Assembly (NCBI GenBank): GCA_013416795.1
Contig: RQSC01001202.1
Coordinates: forward strand, 166,907-220,329
Direction: 5' to 3'
Length of the DNA stretch: 53,423 nucleotides
From: Prasinococcaceae sp. CCMP 1430
Taxonomy: Eukaryota; Plantae; Prasinodermophyta
Positions 22,442 through 33,121 of the stretch are shown in pieces. Every line of letters begins with the position of its first letter. The first letter of the stretch is position 1. Both the position numbers and the translations under genes were made by a program. Under the pieces are notes generated by a model, which saw only the letters and a list, made by a program, of their open reading frames with translations, was not told where the DNA came from and searched no databases.

Positions 22442-22683
22442 GCCGCGCGCCACCGGCGCGCCAGCCGTGCTGCTGCAGCACGTGCAGCGAGACGGCGCCT
22501 GACACCGCTGCGTCCGCGTCAGGCGAGCGCCGCAGGCCGCAGGCGGTCCCGGGGAGACTGCGCCGCCTCCCCTCCTTCCTCCCACCCAACACCACCGCCG
22601 CGGCGGCGCCGGGCGCCCGAGGGCGCCGAAAAGGACGCGCCGCCCGAACATAAGACACGGCAGCGCGGCGGCGCGCCACGCAC

Positions 22684-22918
22684 CCCTCGACGTCGGGCAC
22701 GGCCGCGTTGAGCTCGACGGTCTCCCTCCCCTGCGCGAGCGCGGCGGCGGTCGCAGCGGCGAGCGCGGCGTTCTTCGCGTTGCGCTCCTCATCCGCCTTG
22801 CTCTTCTCCGCCTTGGCCGCCTCCTTGGCCGCGCGCTCGGCGTCGCGCGCCTCCTTGGTCTTGGGCGCGGGCGGTGGCTTGGCCTCCACGCCGTCCGCCT
22901 GCGGCGCAGCGTCCGCGT
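22684..22918 (-). other. Orphan exon-like segment encoding a charged helical peptide (KTKEARDAERAAKEAAKAEK...)
   Basis: Branch point GCTGAC plus CAG acceptor, GTGCGT donor and coding-like codon bias, but no partner exons identified. Confidence 0.4.
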
Positions 22919-22988
22919 GCGCGCCGCCGGGCGCCGAAAGGGCGCGCGCCGGCCAAGGGCCCGCCCAGCAGCGCGGGAGGCCGCGCGG

Positions 22989-23036
22989 GTGGCGCCGTGT
23001 GGCGCCGTGTGGCGCCGTGTGGCGCCGTGTGGCGCC
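22989..23036. repeat. 10-bp tandem repeat (GGCGCCGTGT) about 4.5 copies
   Basis: Directly visible. Confidence 0.9.
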
Positions 23037-23147
23037 CCTTAGCCCCAACACCCCATCAAACTCAAAGGAACCAAAAAAACTCGTTGCAATGTCTATACAC
23101 ATTGGTTTTTTTTTAAAGAAAAAGGCGTTGTTGCCGACATCAAATTG

Positions 23148-23330
23148 ACCGCGCTCCAGGTCACGGGCGGCACGCGCCCCGCGATGCCGAGATCGATGAA
23201 CGCCACCCTGCCGTCCCTCAGCGCGAGCGGGTTGCCGGCGTGCACGTCCGCGCGGAACGACTCCGCGCCGAGCACGCTGGCGAACAACGTGTTGAGCGCG
23301 TTGATCAGCGTGGCCTCGGGGTTGGGCGCG
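23148..23330 (-). pseudogene. Degenerate fragment of an ABC1/UbiB atypical kinase
   Basis: NPEATLINALNTLF...FRADVHAGNPLALRDGRVAFIDLGIAGRV versus the canonical FHADVHAGNL...FIDFGIVG. No flanking kinase exons. Confidence 0.75.
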
Positions 23331-23622
23331 GGGCTTATAAAAAAGGCTAAAAAATTTAAAAGCACTGACATTGCCGGCGACGCTCGTCGCCGGCGACGCG
23401 AGCGGCGTCGTGGCAATGGTGGGAGGGAGGGTGGGCCGGGCGGGCCGGGCGCTACGGGGCCGCCCGCGGCCCGCCTCGGTGGCGCCCGCCTCGGCCTCGG
23501 GCCCTCGGCCTTGCTTGACGTTGCCAGTGCGCACGTCGCTCAGTCAGGGCCAACGAATTGGCGACAGTGCGGGCAGCGAAGGAGGCGGGCTCGGCGGGCT
23601 TGGCGCAACGACGCCGCCCGCC

Positions 23623-23985
23623 TCAGTCGCTGTCGCTGCCCGCGCCCTCGGCGGCGCCCGCCGCGGTCTCAACCTCGGCCTCTGCCTTGGCCTCTGCCTT
23701 GGCCTCTGCCTTGGCCTCTGCCTTGGCCTTGGCTTCGTCCCTGATGCGCTTGAGCTTGCGGCGCTCGGCGTCCATGCTGAAGTCGAAGAAGTCCGGGTCG
23801 TTCTTCGCGCCGTCCACCACCTTCTTGATCGTCGCGAAGAAGAGGATGGTGAACACGCCCGCGCCGAACAGACCGGTCACCTTGCCGATGACCTCCGCCC
23901 CGTCGATCGCCGCGCGCGCCGCCACGCGCCGCGGCGCGGCCGCGCCGACGCGCGCGGCCGCGCGCACGCACTGGCAGGCGGCCAT
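23623..23985 (-). CDS. Small putative plastid single-transmembrane protein with an AKAE-repeat tail
   Basis: Transit-peptide-like MAACQCVRAAARVGAAAPRRVAARA, one hydrophobic helix, strong codon bias. Confidence 0.65.
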   Translation of the reverse strand: MAACQCVRAAARVGAAAPRRVAARAAIDGAEVIGKVTGLFGAGVFTILFFATIKKVVDGAKNDPDFFDFSMDAERRKLKRIRDEAKAKAEAKAEAKAEAKAEAEVETAAGAAEGAGSDSD

Positions 23986-24553
23986 CGCGTCGGACGACCG
24001 GGTGCCGCGCGCTGGCGCCTCGCGGCCGCGTTGTGCCGCCCCCGCCCTCGTCCACCCCACCCGCCACTGGCACACTCGCGCGCACACCTCTGCTGGGATC
24101 GCGGTAAGATCGCATTCTTATCCACGCCGAGCAAATCTGCCACAGCGAATCTGTCCGTCACCGTCAGCTGCGCCGTGACATCGATGCGCCGCACGTCTCC
24201 TCGCGCGGCCCGCGGCGCGCCCGCTCCGACCGCCGCTGCGGGCACGGCGATGAGACGGCGGCCCCTCGAGGCATCGAGCCCCATGCTCGCTCGCCGCCTC
24301 TGGCTGGCGAAGCGCTCAGAGTGCTCGTCCGGCGATGCAGCGCTCGATGAGAGAGAGAGAGGCCGCATGGGAGGGCTCGGAGGGAGCCTCATATGGCCTC
24401 CAGCACGACACTCAGTCGGTAACGGGTGTGGGCTGTGGAGCGGTGTCAATACGGCAAGCAGCCTTACGAAGAGGCAAGCAATCAACGCCTGTATCTCGGT
24501 CGGCCGAGCACGCACAAAAAATTTCCTACTGCCGCAGCTAGCTAGCTAGCTAG

Positions 24554-27119
24554 CTAGCGACTGGAGTGTGCGGATTGCGCTGCGCGAGAGAGTGCCGCGC
24601 GCGCGCGCTGGGACTTGTGTGGCTCCACCGCGTTCAGCAGCGCGCCCACGCGTGCGACGAGCTCGCTCTCGGCCGGTGCGCCGCGCGCTGCGTAGGTGCG
24701 CGAAGGATCGCCGTTCTCCGAGTCATCTCCGGCGACGAGCTCGGCGATCGCGGTTTTGTTGCTCAGGTCGAACCAGCCCGAGAGGGCGCACACGTCGCTC
24801 GCGCGCAGCCCCGCCGGGACGACCACGGGTGGGACCTGCTTTTGACCGCCACCGCCACTCTTGCCGCCCGCCCGCAGCAGCGCGCTCCAGCGCGCGGCGC
24901 AGTCGCCCGGAGACCTAGCGAGGTCGTCGCGCTTGCCCAACCCGGCCGCAAGTGGCGTCCCGATCGCGGTCTCGAAGGAGACCTCCCATCCACGCGCCCA
25001 TCCCGCTTGAGGAGATGACCTGGGCATCGATTTTGCCCTCGTCGGGCGGGGGCACAGACCATACTCGTACGCCACTTCCTCGCGCTTGCCGGGTGTCCGG
25101 GTCCCGAGCGGTGCGACGCGGCCGGTAGGCTCGCACGGCTCGCACTTGGCGCCGTCTATTGCCAGGGGCGTGCCCAGCTGGTCGTGGAAACCCAGAGCGG
25201 CGCGGCGCGTGGACAGTACGCAGTACGGCGTGGCACAATCAAGCGGCCAGGAGGCACAGCGGATGTGTCGCACGATGACCTCACCAGGTGACAGGGCCGC
25301 CGCAGCGAGCGTCAGCTTCTCGCTGTTCGCGCCGTGAGTAAGGCTGAAAGCGTCGTCCCCGGCGGCGAGACGGCTTCGGCGCTCCACGACGCGCGCAGCC
25401 GCCTTCGGGGGCAGCTCCGCGCGCGCGCGCGCAGCAGCAGCGCGCTCCCGCGCGGCGGTCACGCCCGCCAGCACTTTCCCGTCGAGGCATTGAGGCGCGG
25501 ATGCAGCCGCCGCCGTGCGGACGAGCGCGCGCGTGCGCCGTAGCATGCGCAGCCCCGCACCCCGCCCCGCCATGGAGAACCTGTCGTTCAAACCTCCCCA
25601 CGAGAAGTCACCGAACGTGTAGAAGTCCGCGTCGCTCAGGTCACGCACGCCCGGCATTGCCACCTCTGCGCCCGCGCGAGACAGCAGTCTCTCCCAGGCG
25701 ACTTCAGAGCCAAGATCGCCGGCGTCGGCGTCGCTGACGCTCGTCTTCGCATGGGCGGAGGAGTCCCGGCCCTTCGCGTCGGGCGTCCTCACCGCGACCG
25801 GTGCAGTCCAGAGCCCATCGACACGGGTGCGCACAATTGCATCGAAGCGCACAGCAGTGTGCTCAGGCCTGCGCACACCTGCGGTAGCGGGATGGGAGTG
25901 CGCGCTCGCCCGGCGCTCGTACTCCTCGATCATGAACGCGCACGCGTCGTGCAGACGGAGGTATGCCAGCACGCCGTCGAGCCCGCCTGCCCCAAGGTTG
26001 CGGTTCCGCTGCGAAGGCACCACAGTCGAGGCCGCCGCTGCGGCCTCGGCGACGGGCACAAACGGCGACTCGTCGGCCTCAGCGGTGCGATTCGCGCAGC
26101 AGGATGGTTCTCCCTTCACCTTTGGCTGGCATTGCACCGCGCTGTGCCCTGCGCGCGGGCGGCGACGAGCGCTCAGGGCATCAATGAGGGCTGTATCGCC
26201 CTGCGTGGGCATGAAGACGCCGCCAATGTCTAGGTCAAAGCCGGCGAAAGGGCCGCACCGCCCGCACGCGTTGCCAGCAAGGCCGGCAGCGAAGCGCGCG
26301 ATGAGCTCAAGCTCGGCGGAATCCTGCGTAAGGTACGACGCGACGAAAAGTACCACGCGCAGCCTCGATGGCGCCTCGGCCGCCGCAAGGCGCGCAAGCA
26401 GGTTGCGCGCGAGCGCTGGGGCCACCAGTGGCGTGTGCCGCGCCTCGCCGACGGCGCACAGCGCCAGCAACGACTCCCCGGACGATGACGCTGCCGCCGC
26501 AGTCTTGTTTGTAGACCCCCCTTCTACGTCGCTGCAAGCCTGAGTGCTGCCAGCGGCGGTGACAGGGAGTCCATCTGCACAAGTGTCCTCGCAAAAGGCG
26601 TCGTTTGCCGCGCGCAGCGCTGCGCGCGACGCAGCGAATCGCCTCTTTGCGTCGTCGGCTCGCGTGGCGCTGCCATTGCTGCCACCGAAGTCGCCACCTC
26701 CTGCGCGCTTGCCACCTTGCTCCTGAGCGCCCGCCAGGCCAGCATGCCTCGCGTATGTCCTCCTAAGTACCCGGTCGCGCACGCCACGTGCAGAATGGTC
26801 CTGGTCGTTGCGCCACTGCACGCCCTCGCCGCGCGCGAGCAGGGCGCCAGCGGCGTGCGCGAAGACGACGGCGGAAGCAAAAGTGCGCGCGGGCGCTAAC
26901 ACCCGCCTGCAGAGGCTGCGCTCGGCGCACCCGGCCGCGCCCAGCGCCGCTGCGAGAAGCACGAGCAGCCGCGCGCACGGGCGGGGCGGGGCAGAGAAGC
27001 GGCGAAGAGGCAATGGAGCCGCGCGCGGTGGGAGCCGGGCGCGCATGCCCGCGACGCTGCGGGCGCGCAGTCTGGCGCCGCACGCTGGTGGTCGGGGCGC
27101 GCAAAGCCATGCCGCCATG
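24554..27119 (-). CDS. Uncharacterised green-plant-type, glycosyltransferase-like membrane-anchored protein; start uncertain
   Basis: Long ORF with motifs FDAIVRTRVDGLW, WGGLNDRF, NSE and PYCV, which I recall from an uncharacterised plant family (DUF7796-like, unverified). Confidence 0.6.
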
Positions 27120-27343
27120 CTTATTTGAGGGCAGCAGGGGGTGGAAGCTAAGGCGCACGAGCTGATGCCCCCCAGCACACCGCGTGGCACGCACGCGGTA
27201 GATCGCGCGCGCGCGCGGGTGCACCGGCGCCTACTGCACGTGCACACGCTCGCGCACTGAGGCAAGCGCGCACGCGTGCGCGACCGCGCCCCTGCTTTCA
27301 CTCACTCAGAGAATGTATGGTACACATGCAGGCAACCGCGCGG

Positions 27344-28917
27344 CTATCGAGCGCGCATGCCCGACAGGGACATCTGCGCCTGCGCAGCCGCGGCGGTGAT
27401 GAAGCCGGCTGGCATTGGCTTGCCCGCCTCACGGGCGGCCGTCTATGTGCACGCGCGCACACGCGAACATTCGGAAGCGCCCGCACGCGCGCGTCCGCGC
27501 ATGCGTCAGCACGCGCACGGGCGTGCGCTTGAAGAGCATCGAAGCTCGCGCCAATAGCACGGACGTGCGCACCACATCACGGCGCGCCACGCAAACGCAC
27601 CTCCTCGTAGACGTCCAGAAGCTGGTGCGCCACCTCGTCGATAACCTCCGGCGTGAGGCGCCCCTCGTGCTCGCTTCCCAGCGCCTCGTACCACCGCGCG
27701 GGCGCCTGCGCCGCATAGCGTTCGCGCGGGGCCTGCGCGAGTGCGCGAACGCGAGTGCGTGGGATGCCGCGCGTGTGTACGCACGCGTGAGTGTGCGTTC
27801 ACATGCCTGGCGCGCGCGATTATGCACGCACGTGCGCCGCTCCGTGCGCCCCTTGCGCTTGCTGGCGCGCACACGCGAGCCCCAAGCGGCCCACCCCACA
27901 ACACATTGACACGCCAACACACGCACGCACGCACCTTGGTGGGTATGTCTATCCCCAGCAGCCTGGCGGCGAGCTCGACCGAGGCCACGGCGATGGCGCG
28001 CGGCGCGAATTGCACGAGCGCCAGCGTGTGCATCGAGTCGCCGAGGAGGCGCCAAGAGAGGCCGCCGAGCCGCTCGCGTTCCTCGGCAGGGTACTTCAAG
28101 CCCGCGGCGGACATGACGGCGCGCACGTGCGCGAGCGCGGGCACGATGTGCTTGTACGGGTGAGGGGCGTCCAGGTCGTAGCCAATGTTGGACAGCACGG
28201 TGCGCTCGATGCGCAGGACGGCCTCCTTCTCCTTCTCGTATCTGCGTGGGTACGTGCGCGGGCACGTGCCCGAGCGCGTGCGTGCGGATGCGCGCGACCG
28301 CGCGCGCACGCGCGAACGCGCGCGTGTGTGTGCGACGTCACATGTGAGCGCGCGCGCGCGCGTGGCGTTCGCGCGCTGCGCATGCGCGCGTGCTATGCGC
28401 GCGCGCGCGCGCTGCCGTACCTGGCGGGGTCGTACGACGGCGACTCCATGTCGAACTGCGCGGCCAGCGACGGCACCGCGCGGTGGCGGATGCGCATGCA
28501 CACCTTGACGACGTCGCGCAGCGGCCGCGGCTCCTCCTCCACCTTGCACGCGATGTACAGGCAGGTGGTCGCCACGAGCAGGTTCGGCAGCGCGCGGTCG
28601 CGCACGCTCTGGAAGAGGTAGAAGCGGTTCACGAAGGCGGCGGCGGTCATTGCGGGGCTGCGCGAGCAGTCGAGCATCTTGGCGGCCTGCGCAGGCGTGG
28701 CGCCGCGGACGCGCTCTCGCGTGAGCACGCGTGCACAGGCGGCCACACACGCACGCACGCGAGCGCGCGAGCGCCTTCGACGCACCTCAGCGATGAGCTG
28801 CGTGCACTCCCGCCGCGCCTTGACCTCCTCCGCGAACGGCACGCCGTCCTCGCGCGACATTGTCACCTCCGTGAGCTCCGCGAGGCTCCACAGCCAGTAG
28901 TCCCTGCTCCCCGGCAT
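27344..28917 (-). CDS. Transcriptional cyclin (cyclin T/K-like); exons 28917-28786, 28686-28421, 28241-27935, 27705-27601, 27442-27344
   Basis: Motifs TAAAFVNRFY, CLYIACKVEE, ERTVLSNIGYDL and HPY. Five exons join in frame. Confidence 0.85.
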
Positions 28918-29004
28918 GCCCGGCGCGCCGTACGCCGCGCGCGCGCCGTCCGAGGGCGACGACGACGGGATCTGTGGAGGTGGCGGCGGAGGGGGCGGAG
29001 GAGG

Positions 29005-31506
29005 ATGGGCGAGCGGCCGGCGGCGGTGAGCACGCAGGACGCGGCCGCGGACGGGGACGTGCTCACGGTGCAGCGCGTCCGAATATGGATTCGCGAATTC
29101 GACGCCGACGCTGGCCGCCTCGCCATGAAGGCCGAGGTGGTCGAGCGCAACAACCTGCGGGCGGCCGCGCACGTTAGCGAGGTGGAGCGGTCGTGCCGGG
29201 CGAGGCCGGGCGAAACGGAGGGCGTGCGCGCGACCGCCTCCTTCAAGGCGTTCGGCCAGCCGTCGGTCGACGCCATCATGTCAGCGGTGGAAGACGCCGG
29301 CGGCGAGCCATCCGCCGTCCTCGACGCGGGCGCTGGCGCGGATGCCCCCGCCCGCCACCAGCGCCACCACCGATCGCGCGCGCTGTGGGATGCGATCACC
29401 AGTGATCGCTCGGACGGCGACGCGCTGGCGTGGTACGACGGGCACGTCACCGCGGTGCGCATGCACGGCCAGGACAGCTTTCGGGCGATAGCGCCCGCGC
29501 CCATCGGGATCGGACGCGGCAAGCGCACGGTCGGAGGCGGCAACGCACAGGCCGCCACTGCCGCACACGTCGGAGGAACCTCGCAGCAGCAGAACACGTA
29601 CGCCGATGCCGGTGGCCAGCAGAATGGGGCGCGGCGCGACGAGCAGCAGGACCGGCCGCAGCACGCCCCTGCATTCGAGCCCGAGCAGCTGCCTGCGTAC
29701 CACCAGTGGACCTCCTGCCGCGGGAACGTGTGGGCGAATGAGACCGAGGAGTTGCAGTTCGTGCCGTACCTGGACGAGGACCAGGAGATCAGCGACAAGT
29801 TCTTCGAGTTGCACTCGCGCACGACTTCAGACGTTCCCGATGTGCGGCTTCGCGAGCTGGCGATCGGACTGCTCGAGCGCGTCGAGAGAGAATATGGATT
29901 TGGGGAGGTGGACAAGGTGGAGGCGCTCGTAGCTCATCTCAACACCATCATCAAGATGGGCGCGGGTGGAGATCCCTGGATCACCAAGGAGTGGTACGAG
30001 CGCTACTTGTCCGAGCGGGATAACCCGAGCTTGTCCCGCATGCGCTGGATGAAGGACGCTTTGCGCCCTCAAAAGCGCCTGGGCGCGGGCGCGGACGGGG
30101 GCGCTGGCACGCGTGACGGCGGCGGCTACGGCGGGAGCGGCGCAAATGAGCAGCCGCCCGCGTGGAGTGCCTTTCGCGGCATATTTTGCAGGCGTTGCTT
30201 CACCTATGGATGCGCGATGGGTCACGCGCTGCCACAACCCGTGCGGCTCGATGCAGAGGACGCCGTTGGTGCGGATGCGCAGCGGGGGCAGGCGAGGCAG
30301 AAGAGGTCGGCCCGCTCGCCGCCTCCGAAGGTCAAAAAGACGAAGGGCAGCAAGAGCTCAAAATTGCAGTCGAACGGTGCTGCCACCGAGCGTCTGATGA
30401 GCGGCTCGGAGGTGCTCGATGCGCTGCCCGACGCGGTGCTTTCGCGTATGCACATGCTGGTGGACGCCGGGGACTACGCCACCATGGCAGGCATGCTCGG
30501 AGACGATGTCAGTGCGGAACACCTGGAGAGGGTCTGTCGCAGCCGCGGCGTCGGCTGGCCCAAGGGGGGCGCTGGCGACGGCGAGGGCGACGGAAAGGGG
30601 AGAAACAATGCAGGCGGCGGCAACACGTTCCGACCGGCCAAGCGGCGGCGGCTTTACGGCCGCCCTAAGGACAACCGCAACAAGGTGAAGCCCGGCCACG
30701 ACAATCGGCTGCATGCCAACGCCATGAAGCTCATGCACGGCGACACCGCCGCCGAGGACGATGCGCCGACGGCCGTGCATGCGTACGTGCCTTGCAATTG
30801 CGAGGGCCCGTGCAACGACACCACCTGCAGCTGCATCCGCAACAAGACTTTCTGCGAGCAATTCTGCGCGTGCCCTCCTGACTGCCCGCATCGCTTTCAG
30901 GGCTGCCGCTGCAAGAAGGGCCAGTGCCGCACGCGCGCGTGCGCGTGCTTCCGAATGAACCGCGAGTGCGTGTTCGGCCTTTGCAAGTGCGCGGATGACG
31001 CGCCGGGCGGCGGGGAGTGCATGGAGCCCAGCTGCTGCAACATGTCCATACAGCTTGGGCTGCACAAGAGGGTTCTGGTCAGCCCCTCTGATGTTCACGG
31101 CTGGGGGCTCTTCGCGCGGGACGCGATACCCAAGGGTGCATTCATAATCGAGTACAAGGGCGAGGCGATGTCGCAGGAGGAAGCGGAGCGTCGCGGCACG
31201 CTGCACGACGCGCGGCGCTGCACGTTCCTTTTCGAGGTCAACCAGGATGTGTGCCTCGACGCCAAGCGGCGCGGAAACAAGGCAAAGTATATCAACCACC
31301 ACGAGGACAACAACTGCTGCGCGCGCATCATGACAGTCAGGGGCGACCACAGGATTGGCATCTTCGCAGCCGCGGACATTGCCCCTGGCGACGAGCTCTT
31401 CTTTGACTACAACTTTCAGAACGATGCGGCGATGGTACACGAGCTGGGCGGCCTCAACGACAGCGACGAGGATGACCACGCCGACGGCACGTCGTCGCAA
31501 GAGTGA
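29005..31506 (+). CDS. E(z): Enhancer of zeste E(z) homolog, PRC2 H3K27 methyltransferase (CXC + SET), apparently intronless
   Basis: Motifs LQFVPY, FCRRCF, Cys-rich CXC, SDVHGWGLF, IIEYKGE, DAKRRGNKAKYINH, GDHRIGIFA and ELFFDY. Confidence 0.92.
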   Translation: MGERPAAVSTQDAAADGDVLTVQRVRIWIREFDADAGRLAMKAEVVERNNLRAAAHVSEVERSCRARPGETEGVRATASFKAFGQPSVDAIMSAVEDAGGEPSAVLDAGAGADAPARHQRHHRSRALWDAITSDRSDGDALAWYDGHVTAVRMHGQDSFRAIAPAPIGIGRGKRTVGGGNAQAATAAHVGGTSQQQNTYADAGGQQNGARRDEQQDRPQHAPAFEPEQLPAYHQWTSCRGNVWANETEELQFVPYLDEDQEISDKFFELHSRTTSDVPDVRLRELAIGLLERVEREYGFGEVDKVEALVAHLNTIIKMGAGGDPWITKEWYERYLSERDNPSLSRMRWMKDALRPQKRLGAGADGGAGTRDGGGYGGSGANEQPPAWSAFRGIFCRRCFTYGCAMGHALPQPVRLDAEDAVGADAQRGQARQKRSARSPPPKVKKTKGSKSSKLQSNGAATERLMSGSEVLDALPDAVLSRMHMLVDAGDYATMAGMLGDDVSAEHLERVCRSRGVGWPKGGAGDGEGDGKGRNNAGGGNTFRPAKRRRLYGRPKDNRNKVKPGHDNRLHANAMKLMHGDTAAEDDAPTAVHAYVPCNCEGPCNDTTCSCIRNKTFCEQFCACPPDCPHRFQGCRCKKGQCRTRACACFRMNRECVFGLCKCADDAPGGGECMEPSCCNMSIQLGLHKRVLVSPSDVHGWGLFARDAIPKGAFIIEYKGEAMSQEEAERRGTLHDARRCTFLFEVNQDVCLDAKRRGNKAKYINHHEDNNCCARIMTVRGDHRIGIFAAADIAPGDELFFDYNFQNDAAMVHELGGLNDSDEDDHADGTSSQE

Positions 31507-31524
31507 CGCGGTAATATGAAATGC

Positions 31525-32724
31525 TCAGCGGTTATCATGCTCACCTGCGGGCCGCGTGTGCACTTTGCTGCCGCCTTCTTCCTGCGGAGAGCCGCTAGTG
31601 CGAGTTTCGGGTTCGGCGCCCTCCTCGTGCGCTTGTGGCCGCGCTCGTTCGGGAGGTTGCCAATCCCAAACGTCGGGCCACAGGCCGAGCCGCAACCTCA
31701 CGAACTTGAGCGCCAGGTCCACCGACTTGGGCTGACCGTAGATTGTCAGCGGTCTTTTTCCGCGCCGCTTTCTGGGCCACGACTGCGCGCTGGCGGCCTC
31801 CGGCACGCACTCCTCCCACACGACATCGTCGCGCGCGCCGAGATGCGACGCCACGCCGACGCCCTGGCACACCTCACGCAGCGCCCCGTGGTGCTGCAAC
31901 TGCCTCACGTGCTGTGGGCGCGGGTGCGTGTCAGCCGCGCGAGCGCGAGCGCTACAGAAGCGCCAGCGCCCATGCGCTGTCCAGAACCATAGCGTGCGTG
32001 CGCGCTAGCGCGGACCTTCTCGGGCACGTAGACCGTCCTGGAGTGTCCCTCGTACCTCGCCGTGAGGCGGCGGATGTGCACGGTTGCGGCCGCGAGCGCG
32101 CCGTGCGTGGCGCCTTGCACGCGCACAGCGCGCGTGGTGGGCCGCGCGCGCCTCCCACGATTCTTGCGTGGCCTGGGCGGTGGCGGTGCCACCGTCACGG
32201 CAACGCCGTGGCGGCGCTCCACTCTGCAGCAGGCGCGAGCGGCGAGGCCGTCAGTCGCACAAACGGCGCGCGCGCGAGCGCATCTGCGCTCGTGAGTGCG
32301 GATGAGCTGCCTCGCACACGCACCGATTGAGATTGCGCCGCTTCACGCCGATGAGCGTCGGCAGGCCCTTGGTGGGCACGCGCAACTCGTCGCTGAGCGC
32401 ATAGCGTCGCGAAGACACATGTGGCTGCTCACCGGTGGCTGTTGCTGCCTGGGTGGCGGGCCCGGCGCCATCCCCGCGGTAGGCCCTCTCGTCGCCGCCC
32501 TCGTCGCCGCAGGAGGCGAGGGGCGGGGCTCCCGCGACGTGGGCCTGCTCGACGCGCCCAGGGTGCACCCCATTCCACGCGTCCTCTTTCGCACGTGTCG
32601 CGCCCGCGTGCGCTTCACCTTCCCTTCCTTCTCCCCCTCGCCCGCCCCCCTCCGCCGCGCCGGCCCCTGTCAGCGCCGGCGCCCGCCCGCGGCGCGAGGC
32701 GGCGCGCGCCGCGCGCGCGAGCAT
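31525..32724 (-). CDS. Two-KH-domain RNA-binding protein, probably organelle-targeted; exons 32724-32324, 32223-32016, 31911-31525
   Basis: KH pattern ELRVPTKGLPTLIGVKRRNLNR|VERRHGVAVTV...VRVQG, plus a second degenerate KH. Presequence-like MLARAARAASRR. Splice phases are consistent. Confidence 0.6.
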
Positions 32725-33121
32725 TCCCCTCGGCACACCCTCCCTGCCGCCCGTGGCCCCGCCTTCGCCCCCGACCCCTCCCCTCAGGCCAGCGAGGGGA
32801 GGTGGGTTGGGTTGGGGGGGAAGGGGGGGGGGGAGAGGACGGGGGCGCGCGCGCGCTGTGGTGCAGCTCCCCTGCCTCGCTCCGGTGCAGCTCCCGCCCT
32901 GCGCGCAGCCTAGCGCAGCGCCAGCGGCCGCAGCGCCAGGCAGTTGCAATTGCAGTGAGTTTTGCAGACCCTTTTTGTATAGAGGAATGTGGTGGCAACC
33001 AAAAAAAAACGCAACCACGCCGCTGCTGGCCATGCGCTGCGACCCCCCTCGATGCGCGCCTGGGGGGGAAGAGGGCTCTTACTGTACCATCCGATGGTGC
33101 GCTTCGCGCGCGCGCACGCCC

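Noticed and set aside
23877-24515. Possible small minus-strand gene
   Set aside because: No recognisable motif and no convincing downstream acceptor.
28390-29004. N-terminal 205 aa of the 1038-aa ORF
   Set aside because: It is antisense to cyclin exons; E(z) more plausibly starts at ATG 29005.
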